A stretch of DNA of 24,768 nucleotides from Candidatus Thorarchaeota archaeon (GTDB lineage: Archaea; Asgardarchaeota; Thorarchaeia; Thorarchaeales; Thorarchaeaceae): the NCBI GenBank assembly GCA_048884785.1, contig JBHLQM010000055.1:1-24768 (forward strand), read 5' to 3'. Below, piece after piece: positions 8,694 to 16,416 of the stretch. Position 1 is the stretch's first letter. Every line of letters begins with the position of its first letter. The translations under genes were made by a program, and so were the position numbers. The notes beneath the pieces are model-generated. The model made no database searches. It saw only the letters and a program-made list of their open reading frames with translations, and had not been told where the DNA came from.

Positions 8694-9443
8694 TTGCAAG
8701 ACAACGAAACAATTCATACCATAAAGAATCGTAGAGCAATCAGGGATTATGATACATCAAGAGATGTTCCTGATGAGGTGATCTACAAAATTATTGAGGT
8801 TGGAGGATACGCTCCAAGCGCAGAAAATCAGCAGCCGTGGCGTGTTATTGTGGTGCGCGACAAAGGACTTCAGGAGTTCATTGGTCAGGCTGCTGTCGAT
8901 AGGACCATAATGCTCTTCGGAAGGGCAACTCCCCGAGAGGAACTTGAGAGACGCCTGAGCTATATCCAGTCCAAGTCAAGTCTTGAAAGAACAATTGACA
9001 TTTTAATAACAGGAGAACGGTTCGAATATATTAAAGGAAAACCGGAATCAAACGGAGCACCAGTGCTTCTTGTCCTGGCGGTTGACCAGACCCATGTGGG
9101 AAATTCTCAACCAACATTGAGAGGTACTGGAGGAGTCTATGGATGGTCAGGTCCTAGGCATGCTGTGATAGCTGGTTCCATGATGATGCAGAATATGGCT
9201 TTGGCAGCAGCATCACTGGGTATTGGGAGCTGTGTATCATCTGTTCAACTGGACCACTTTGATGACGTTGGAGCAATATCTGAAAAACTAGGTATTCCGT
9301 TTCCGCATTGGGTCCCCATTCTATGTCTAACACTTGGATACCCATTAGCTGAGCGTACTCTAGGTCCTCCCCGTCAGCCGCCAGAGGAAATTGCATTTCT
9401 GAATTCGTGGGGCAACCCATTCACTAAGGAGGCAAGTGAGTGA
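8694..9443 (+). CDS. Nitroreductase family protein (FMN-binding)
   Basis: Motifs IKNRRAIRDY, APSAENQQPW, QNMALAAASLGIGSC and LTLGYP..R. TTG start with GGAG upstream. Confidence 0.92.
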   Translation: MQDNETIHTIKNRRAIRDYDTSRDVPDEVIYKIIEVGGYAPSAENQQPWRVIVVRDKGLQEFIGQAAVDRTIMLFGRATPREELERRLSYIQSKSSLERTIDILITGERFEYIKGKPESNGAPVLLVLAVDQTHVGNSQPTLRGTGGVYGWSGPRHAVIAGSMMMQNMALAAASLGIGSCVSSVQLDHFDDVGAISEKLGIPFPHWVPILCLTLGYPLAERTLGPPRQPPEEIAFLNSWGNPFTKEASE

Positions 9444-9988
9444 ACGATTTGGAAATACTTCGGACTGCATTTGTCGCATTTCTGGACGGCCTTTGGTGGG
9501 GTCTCCGAGATAATGTAGGGCCACTGTCAATGTATGAAGGATATGAAGGTGGATTCAGACAACTTGGCATTGAACTAGCAGATCAGATAGGAGGCAGTGG
9601 ACCAGAGGAAGCAGCTGGAATTGCATCCGAAATAATGAACGCAATGGGCCTTGAAACCGAAGCGCGAGGTACCGAGGTGTTTGTCAGGAAATGTCCAATC
9701 TGGAATCGAATTAAGGAGAGAGGACTGGAATTTGCATTTCATGTAGAAGAAATATGCTGGAAACCTATGCTTGAGGGTATAGGGGAAAAAACAGCGACGA
9801 CACCTAAAGTGATTACATCCTTGCGGCTAAATCATATTGCCATGTCAAAGATAACATACAAAAAAAGCAAGGCAAAAACTGCTTTTGAAAACGGAAATCT
9901 TTCCCAAGATGAGTTTGATAAGGAAATGGCAAAGCTGTCAAGTGAGGAATCGAAGATACCTCAGGCTGGTCAATACAAATTTGAGTAG
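9440..9988 (+). CDS. Hypothetical protein, V4R/ATC-hydrolase-like domain with SHOCT-like C-terminal helix pair
   Basis: GTG start overlaps the nitroreductase stop (GTGA). Motifs DGLWW, VRKCPIW and HVEEICWKPMLEG; C-terminal AKTAFENGNLSQDEFDKEMAKL. Confidence 0.75.
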   Translation: MNDLEILRTAFVAFLDGLWWGLRDNVGPLSMYEGYEGGFRQLGIELADQIGGSGPEEAAGIASEIMNAMGLETEARGTEVFVRKCPIWNRIKERGLEFAFHVEEICWKPMLEGIGEKTATTPKVITSLRLNHIAMSKITYKKSKAKTAFENGNLSQDEFDKEMAKLSSEESKIPQAGQYKFE

Positions 9989-10035
9989 GTGGCTTCGAAA
10001 AGCTAGATAGCAGTCCCTAAGGAGGCAAATAAATC

Positions 10036-11301
10036 ATGGAGTCCCTAGAAAAAGCAGGACTTGCAGTCAACTACAACAAGCTAAAAGAAACAAAACCGGA
10101 TTCTCTGCCATCTGAAGTACATATCTGGGATGAAACGCTAAGAGATGGCGAGCAAACACCAGGTGTTGCACTCACAATAGATGAGAAGATAGAGATTGCA
10201 AAACTTCTAGATGACATCGGAGTGTCGATAGTAGCTGTTGGATTTCCAGCCGTTTCAAAGGAAGAGAAGAGGTCTGTGACTGCCGTGGCCAAAGAGGGTC
10301 TCAAGAACGCCATAGTGGCAGCTCCCGCGAGAGCTGTTATATCTGATATTGATGCGTGCATTGACGCAGGAGTCAGCGAAGTTCCAATCTTCATTGCAAC
10401 TTCAGATTTCAGACTCAAGTATCAGTTGAGGATGACCCGAGAAGAGATGCTCGAGAGACTAGCTCAATGTGTTGAATATGGAAAGGATCATGGCCTAATT
10501 GTTGATTACATCGCAGAGGACTCAACCAGGAGTGACATCGATTTTCTGTGTACTGCCTATAGGCAGGCAATTGATGCAGGCGCCGACAAGATTTGTGTGG
10601 CAGATACAGTCGGGTTTGTGCGACCTCGCGTTATGACGCATATTATGCAGAGCATAAAATCCCAGCTCTGGGGAAGCAGCAAATACAAGGTTCCAATTGC
10701 AGTTCATTGTCACAATGATTTTGGTCTTGCCAATGCCAATACACTTGCTGCAATCGAACAGGGAGCGACCTATGCACACGTCTGTGTGAATGGATATGGC
10801 GAGAGAGCAGGAAATGCAGCACTTGAGGAAGTTGTGACTGCATTAGAGGAGCTTTATGGTGTGAAGACAGGGATAGAAACTGAGAAGATGTATCGGCTAT
10901 CAAAATTGGTTGAAAGACACTTTGTAATTCCACTTCCTCTCCATAAGGCGATTTCAGGAGATAACGCATTCACCCATTCAAGCGGTATTCACTCACATGG
11001 ACAACTTACTCACTCCATGACATATGAGCCAATCAACCCCCTAACAGTTGGACGAAGAAGAGAGTTTCATCTTGGTAAGTTTATTGGAAGACACTTTGTT
11101 GAGTATCTCTTGAGAATGGGAGGTATCAATGCGTCACCTGAACAAACTAGAGAAATCACCGAACGAATCAAGAAGACACATGAGGATTTGAAGAAACATC
11201 AATCGAAGGAGTCATTTGACAAAATCAAGTCTGAGTTGAGGGCCTTGAGAACCGGGGTCTCTGAGAGAGAGTTCTGGGAGATTGTCTTCAGCGTTATCTG
11301 A
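10036..11301 (+). CDS. DRE-TIM 2-oxoacid acetyl-CoA synthase (homocitrate/isopropylmalate/citramalate synthase family), no C-terminal regulatory domain
   Basis: Motifs DETLRDGEQTPG, ADTVG, HCHNDFGLANAN, NGYGERAGNA and HSSGIH..TYEP. GGAGG SD upstream. Confidence 0.92.
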   Translation: MESLEKAGLAVNYNKLKETKPDSLPSEVHIWDETLRDGEQTPGVALTIDEKIEIAKLLDDIGVSIVAVGFPAVSKEEKRSVTAVAKEGLKNAIVAAPARAVISDIDACIDAGVSEVPIFIATSDFRLKYQLRMTREEMLERLAQCVEYGKDHGLIVDYIAEDSTRSDIDFLCTAYRQAIDAGADKICVADTVGFVRPRVMTHIMQSIKSQLWGSSKYKVPIAVHCHNDFGLANANTLAAIEQGATYAHVCVNGYGERAGNAALEEVVTALEELYGVKTGIETEKMYRLSKLVERHFVIPLPLHKAISGDNAFTHSSGIHSHGQLTHSMTYEPINPLTVGRRREFHLGKFIGRHFVEYLLRMGGINASPEQTREITERIKKTHEDLKKHQSKESFDKIKSELRALRTGVSEREFWEIVFSVI

Positions 11302-11303
11302 AT

Positions 11304-12029
11304 CTATCTTAAGGATCTATCATGCAGTTGCCGTTGTACTACTCCTATATCCATTAGAAGCACTCCCAGAATAAAGGAGATTCCAAAAATCAGCAAAGAG
11401 GTTATGTCCGTTAACCATCTATGATTCAAGAAATAGTAGGCAACTTCAACCACCAGAATCAATGTTGCGAATAGAAGAGACAAATAGATGCCCGCCTTGA
11501 ACAGATTCGTTGCAGATGTGGCTTTACGCGAATACTCCAAAAACTTGGAAGAGTCCTCACCCTTGATATGCACGAAATGCCCATTTGCCACTTGCTCCTT
11601 CACGAAGTCCTCTAATCTTCCATAATCAACTCTCTCTTCTCTGAGCTCGATGAAGGTGCCACGTAGGAATTTTAGCGCAGCTCCACCACTGAGTAGGGCA
11701 AGTACGATCATGACAACTACGTAGACTACAAGTTGCCAGAATATGAAGAGCGAAATTATCATTACAGTTACTACCAAAAGAAAGAGCAAATCCGTGATTC
11801 CACCTGCACTCTCGACACTACCAGAAAATATACCACCAACTCTTCTAATGAGGGATACATTGACCCATGTTTGATAGAGGTGAGCATCCTCTTCAGGGGC
11901 AAGGTGTTTTTTGAGCGATTCCTCAACATCACTCTTCCTCCCTCCATATACAGAAATAAAGAAGTCTGGATCGAGGGTACTTGAGTAGTCATTAGATACA
12001 TGGCTATCATCTGAATCTGGCGCAGCCAT
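11304..12029 (-). CDS. Hypothetical membrane protein (~4 TM)
   Basis: Two hydrophobic helix pairs. ATG 12029 has GGAGGA upstream and is preferred over GTG 12047. Confidence 0.75.
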   Translation of the reverse strand: MAAPDSDDSHVSNDYSSTLDPDFFISVYGGRKSDVEESLKKHLAPEEDAHLYQTWVNVSLIRRVGGIFSGSVESAGGITDLLFLLVVTVMIISLFIFWQLVVYVVVMIVLALLSGGAALKFLRGTFIELREERVDYGRLEDFVKEQVANGHFVHIKGEDSSKFLEYSRKATSATNLFKAGIYLSLLFATLILVVEVAYYFLNHRWLTDITSLLIFGISFILGVLLMDIGVVQRQLHDRSLR

Positions 12030-12270
12030 CCTTTGTCCTCCTGACACACAACCATCTATTCAATGAAGCTAGAGCAATATAACACCTCCGAGAAAGACCT
12101 GTATTCATGTGGCATTCGTCAGAATTGTTACGTTGCTTCTCCTAGCTGTTTGAAAGTAACGATTTCATGCAGTGCACTTCCCTCTTCTTCATATATGGTG
12201 CCTCAATTTTGCACCATAAATAAATGGTAGAAACCAACATTCTTTACTAAGCTGGACAGTAGGCTGGAAT

Positions 12271-12981
12271 ATGCCCGACATCTTTGGACAAATAATGAAG
12301 GATGCAAGCGAAGGAGGAAAGGCCATCCATCGAATTGAGAGAGATGATGGCTATACGACCGAATCGGAAGGAACGCAGTATTTGTGCGATATTGCTGACT
12401 GGCCAGAATCAGAGCGTTCAGCATTACTACATGCGGTCGGACCAGTTCTAGATGTTGGCTGCGGTGCGGGACGTGTGGGTATGTATCTAGAGAAAAACGG
12501 CATACAGTACACAGGCATAGACATATCACCTATGGCCATAGAGGTGTGCAAGAAACGTGGTTTGAAAGATGTTCACGTGATGTCTGCTGAAAGGATCACT
12601 TTAGGGAAATCTGATTTTAGAACGATTATTCTCTTCGGAAACAACTTCGGGGTGCTTGGTGAACAAGCAAAGATCGTGGATATGCTCAAGTCACTCCATC
12701 AAATATCAACACCAGATGCCATTATTCTAGCTGAAACAAGAGATGTCGTTGCCACTGATAATCCACAGCACTTTGCATATCATATGAGAAATAGACAAAA
12801 TGGATTACCAGTTGGGCAAGTTCAAATACGGATTCATTATCAGGAACAAGTAGGCTCATGGTGGAAATTGCTAATGTGCAGCTCGGGCGATATGGATAGA
12901 TTAGCTAATGAAGCCGGATGGTACCTAGAGAGAACATTCGGTCCAAGCAGCCTTTATGTTGGACTCTTGAGAAAGAGGTAG
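12271..12981 (+). CDS. Class I SAM-dependent methyltransferase
   Basis: Motif I VLDVGCGAGR, motif TGIDISP, FRTIILFGNNFG and an N-terminal ERDDG. Confidence 0.92.
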   Translation: MPDIFGQIMKDASEGGKAIHRIERDDGYTTESEGTQYLCDIADWPESERSALLHAVGPVLDVGCGAGRVGMYLEKNGIQYTGIDISPMAIEVCKKRGLKDVHVMSAERITLGKSDFRTIILFGNNFGVLGEQAKIVDMLKSLHQISTPDAIILAETRDVVATDNPQHFAYHMRNRQNGLPVGQVQIRIHYQEQVGSWWKLLMCSSGDMDRLANEAGWYLERTFGPSSLYVGLLRKR

Positions 12982-12986
12982 AAGAT

Positions 12987-13517
12987 ATGACAGTATATGC
13001 CTTAGGAAACAAAGAACCCGAGATTGCAAAAACCGCCTATGTTCATCCAAAAGCTTCAGTGATTGGTGACGTAAAGCTTGGCGAGAGAGTGTTTGTGGCA
13101 CCAATGGCATCTATAAGAGGTGATATCGGTCGCATTGAGATAGGAGATGAATCAAACGTTCAAGATGGGGCCGTAATCCATTCTACGGAATTGCATCCCA
13201 CCATCATCGGAAGACGTGTAAACATTGGTCATAATGCCTCAATACATGCGAAGCACATTGCGGATAATGTGGCAATTGGAATGGGAGCCGTTGTTATGCT
13301 GGAGTGTGAAATAGCCGAGGGAGTCATGATAGCAAACTCTGCTCTTCTTCATCCAAAAACCAAGACTGAGCCATACAAGATTTACGCAGGAGTTCCTGCG
13401 AAATACCTAAGAGACCTAACAGATAATGACCCCGCCCGCCGGGCAATTGATAATTATCTGGACACTTATGTGAACAATACACGAAGATACCCGAAAGAGC
13501 TACGAGAGATTAGATGA
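12987..13517 (+). CDS. Gamma-class carbonic anhydrase family protein
   Basis: Hexapeptide repeats, IRGD, SNVQDGAVIH..IGHNASIH (three His ligands) and AGVPAK. Start ATG 12987 follows GAGG. Confidence 0.92.
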   Translation: MTVYALGNKEPEIAKTAYVHPKASVIGDVKLGERVFVAPMASIRGDIGRIEIGDESNVQDGAVIHSTELHPTIIGRRVNIGHNASIHAKHIADNVAIGMGAVVMLECEIAEGVMIANSALLHPKTKTEPYKIYAGVPAKYLRDLTDNDPARRAIDNYLDTYVNNTRRYPKELREIR

Positions 13518-14180
13518 TCCATCTTCATTGTATCGCTTGATGAAATCATGGATAATCTTCTTGAGACTCGCTATGAGTTCCGGCTCGTTTCTATTCTCGT
13601 ACCAGTACTCATCAAGAGGGTTGACAACAAGTATCAGCTCATCGAACTCATTGGTGTTCTTATCCACTGTCGCATGAAGAGTTGTCTTGAGTATACCTAA
13701 TCTAGAAACTGAGGCAAGCGCCGGTAGAATTGGGACCAATATAATATAGCAAATCATTGCAATGAGCATTATGAACTGAGAAGGAGTGTCGGATCCAGAA
13801 ACAGAAACTGTGAGAATAAACCATGCCAACAATATTGGAATGGCACCACCGAGTATGGCACTAACAAGCGTTTTCCATGAAACCCCCGACCGTACGAAGC
13901 GGAAGTTGTATTTATTTGAGGTGCCATTGAGAGAGATTTTTCTCATTTTGAATCTGGTTGTCACAAGCCCCAGACAGGCATAAGATATGACAAGAGCAAC
14001 CATGGTGAAAAGCTCAAGGCTAGATCTAAAAGTCCAAACAGCAAAGAGAATAATGGCTAAAACCACTGCCAGATAGGGCCAAATGCCTTCAACAGGATAG
14101 AAGAAATAATTTCCAATTTCCCGAGCTTCAGGTTCTGTTGTGACACTTGGTTCACGTCGTTTTCTCCGACTTCTAGACAT
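13500..14180 (-). CDS. Hypothetical membrane protein (~4 TM) with Arg-rich N-terminus
   Basis: Start ATG 14180 (MSRSRRKRR), four hydrophobic segments. The 3' end overlaps the gamma-CA gene by 18 nt. Confidence 0.75.
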   Translation of the reverse strand: MSRSRRKRREPSVTTEPEAREIGNYFFYPVEGIWPYLAVVLAIILFAVWTFRSSLELFTMVALVISYACLGLVTTRFKMRKISLNGTSNKYNFRFVRSGVSWKTLVSAILGGAIPILLAWFILTVSVSGSDTPSQFIMLIAMICYIILVPILPALASVSRLGILKTTLHATVDKNTNEFDELILVVNPLDEYWYENRNEPELIASLKKIIHDFIKRYNEDGSSNLS

Positions 14181-14280
14181 AGGACGAATACGATAGCTAC
14201 CCCTTGATATACACTTCCACCTGAAAAGGTAGAGCTTATAGCATCTTTCTGATAGTGGAATCCGGGAGTGAATACAATAG

Positions 14281-14658
14281 ATGCCAGAAAACACCTTTGA
14301 CTACTACTGCTATGTTTGCGGTCACAAGAACCAGTTGACAATGGATGTACCAATAGCCCCAGTCATTCTCAAGCATAAAATAAGATGCAGCAATTGTGAA
14401 GACACTACACACATCCTTGTAACAACATGCTCACACTGCAAGGAAAACGTCAAGTATTTTCTGTCAGACATTGATTTCCCAGAGGAGATTCATCGACTCG
14501 CCTCGGCATATGTCGGTCTAATAAAAGGAATCAAAGATGGTCTTGGCGATTATGTGGATGAATTCAAAGTCCCTATTCCGAAGAGATGGACCGCAAAATT
14601 GGACTGTTCTTGTGGGAAACAGTACTCTGCAGAACTACCATTACCTGCCGAATTATGA
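14281..14658 (+). CDS. Small multi-cysteine (double zinc-ribbon-like) protein
   Basis: CYVC, CSNC, CSHC and CSCG in 125 aa; GGAG upstream. Confidence 0.8.
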   Translation: MPENTFDYYCYVCGHKNQLTMDVPIAPVILKHKIRCSNCEDTTHILVTTCSHCKENVKYFLSDIDFPEEIHRLASAYVGLIKGIKDGLGDYVDEFKVPIPKRWTAKLDCSCGKQYSAELPLPAEL

Positions 14659-14687
14659 TATTGCAGTTTTCACCCAAAGGAGTAGTT

Positions 14688-15134
14688 CTACGAGCTATTG
14701 ATTCTAATCCTATAGTTTAGGTTGACAGGACATTTCATTGAATTCGCAACAATACAATACTCGTGCGCCCTTTGAGCTACCTTCTCCATTTTGGAGATAT
14801 TTTCCTCAGACTCGACAAGAATCTCTACATCCAGTGTAATTTTCTCAAAGACCCACCCGTGTTCACCTTTCATGAGAGTACCTGTTCCCTTTACTTGGAA
14901 ATCAAGAAATTCGACATGATATCGATTGGCAACGCCATGTATACTGGCTCCAAAACATGACACTGCTGAACCCAGGAATAGATCCTCAGGCGAATACATG
15001 TCTGAAGGACTCTCTGGCCAAAAGTCAAGTGGGGTAGCTATCTCCAATACAGGTTTTCCAGCCGCCTGAAGGGACACTATCTTCTCACGAACCCATCTGC
15101 TTTTCAACTCATATCTATGCTCTTCTAGAGTCAT
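14688..15134 (-). CDS. OsmC/Ohr family protein
   Basis: SPEDLFLGSAVSCF and AHEYCIVANSM carry the two OsmC-family cysteines. Start ATG 15134 is preferred over TTG 15224. Confidence 0.9.
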   Translation of the reverse strand: MTLEEHRYELKSRWVREKIVSLQAAGKPVLEIATPLDFWPESPSDMYSPEDLFLGSAVSCFGASIHGVANRYHVEFLDFQVKGTGTLMKGEHGWVFEKITLDVEILVESEENISKMEKVAQRAHEYCIVANSMKCPVNLNYRIRINSS

Positions 15135-15285
15135 CGTATCATCGTTCAGTTGTTCCAAAATACAACAAAAATGGCTTCCGCTATGGATTGTTTGAAAACT
15201 ATTTGGAGTCCAAAACTCAAGCAAATAGGCAGTTTCGTTGATACTTATGGTAGACCTTATTAGGAAGAAGATATCATCCTCATAC

Positions 15286-15381
15286 GGTAGTCAGGTGGCT
15301 AGTGGGGCAAACTACTTCTGTAACATGCCCTCATAACTCCCCCCTCCTACCAGTTGGCCCTATTGGCACTGACTACCACCT
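15286..15381 (+). ncRNA. Candidate structured non-coding element (long hairpin with C-rich loop)
   Basis: Arms 15286-15313 and 15352-15377 pair over ~25 bp including three G-U pairs on the + strand. It lies in a 455-nt gene-free gap. Confidence 0.45.
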
Positions 15382-15533
15382 AGTTTCTGCTTCTAGTTCT
15401 GAGAACCATTCGGTATTTCGATATGCCAAATCAAAAATCGCGCCATTTCACTAAAACAATGGTAGACTGGAACCCTGATTAGACCCGGTAGCAACATTCT
15501 CTGATGACGAAGTCAGTTTCGGCATTAAACCAG

Positions 15534-15590
15534 ATTTATATCATTGATTGATAGCTAAGGATAATTCAAGTTTCAAAGGAGGTTTCAGTC
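15534..15590 (+). promoter_or_regulatory. Putative TATA box and Shine-Dalgarno for the prenol kinase-IPK operon
   Basis: TTTATAT at ~15535 and AAGGAGGT shortly before ATG 15591. Confidence 0.5.
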
Positions 15591-16400
15591 ATGGTATTCA
15601 ATCCTTTAGGTCCAGGGCTAGAATTGGTATGGGATATTGTGGCATTCGTCATATCTCTGATCCTGATTTTGCTACTTGTCCAAATCAATGCGGCCATTGA
15701 AAAAAGCGGAAAGCTATCAACAGACGTTACTCGCAAGGTCATACACATCTTTGCAGCACCAGTGTGGGTACTATCGTGGCTCCTCTTCTCGGGTGGAGTA
15801 TTCAGCCGTTGGTTGGCACTTATTGTACCCTTATTCTTCGTGCTACAATTCGTAGCGATTGGCACTGGGAAGATGAAGAATGAAGACTTCGTGAGATCAA
15901 TGTCAAGGAGCGGGGACCCCAAGGAGCTTCTTGGAGGGACCCTTTACTATGCATTCTTGATGATAGTCTTTGCAATCCTATGGTTCTATGTCCCTGCTTC
16001 TGGGAATCTTAGTCAGGCAACACCCCTTGCACTGATTGCCTTTGGATGTCTAGCTGGAGGAGATGGTCTGGCTGATGTTATTGGCCGAAAATATGGTGGC
16101 GAGCGAAAGTTTGGGATTGGTGGAGCGCAGAGGACTGTTGCGGGCTCGATTGGGATGTTTATCGGTTCATTCCTGTTTAGCATCGTGTTGGTTTTCTTCT
16201 TCTCATTTGAAGCAACAGCATTTGCGATAGCAAATATGGTGATACCTATCTTGATTATCAGCATCGTTGCAACGATTGTAGAGGCTCTATCACCAAAGGG
16301 CCTCGATAATTGGACAGTTCCAATCTCAGTTATCATCATGATCCTGCTATTGCCAATTCTCGGATTTGCATGGGCATTCCCTGCCCAAACACTATTCTGA
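15591..16400 (+). CDS. CTP-dependent prenol kinase (farnesol/phytol/dolichol kinase family)
   Basis: Multi-TM protein with motifs DVTRKVIHI, VRSMSRSGDPKELLGGTLYY, GGDGLADVIGRKYG, RTVAGS and GLDNWTVP, resembling plant FOLK/VTE5 motifs. Confidence 0.88.
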   Translation: MVFNPLGPGLELVWDIVAFVISLILILLLVQINAAIEKSGKLSTDVTRKVIHIFAAPVWVLSWLLFSGGVFSRWLALIVPLFFVLQFVAIGTGKMKNEDFVRSMSRSGDPKELLGGTLYYAFLMIVFAILWFYVPASGNLSQATPLALIAFGCLAGGDGLADVIGRKYGGERKFGIGGAQRTVAGSIGMFIGSFLFSIVLVFFFSFEATAFAIANMVIPILIISIVATIVEALSPKGLDNWTVPISVIIMILLLPILGFAWAFPAQTLF

Positions 16401-16416
16401 GAAGGTGAAACCTCCA

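Noticed and set aside
12131-12161. Inverted repeat CGTTGCTT...AAGTAACG in the divergent gap before the methyltransferase
   Set aside because: Only 8 bp with a wobble and a long loop, which is compatible with chance.
13500-13517. 18-nt convergent overlap of gamma-CA and the membrane protein gene
   Set aside because: Short tail-to-tail overlaps are ordinary in compact archaeal genomes.
15247-15491. CRISPR mini-array or tRNA in the long intergenic gap
   Set aside because: The repeats are only 5-9 bp and irregularly spaced, there are no cas genes, and there is no cloverleaf or T-loop consensus.
15475-15530. C/D box sRNA (CTGA at ~15474, TGATGA at ~15503)
   Set aside because: The boxes are in the wrong order, and no downstream box D or terminal stem is visible.
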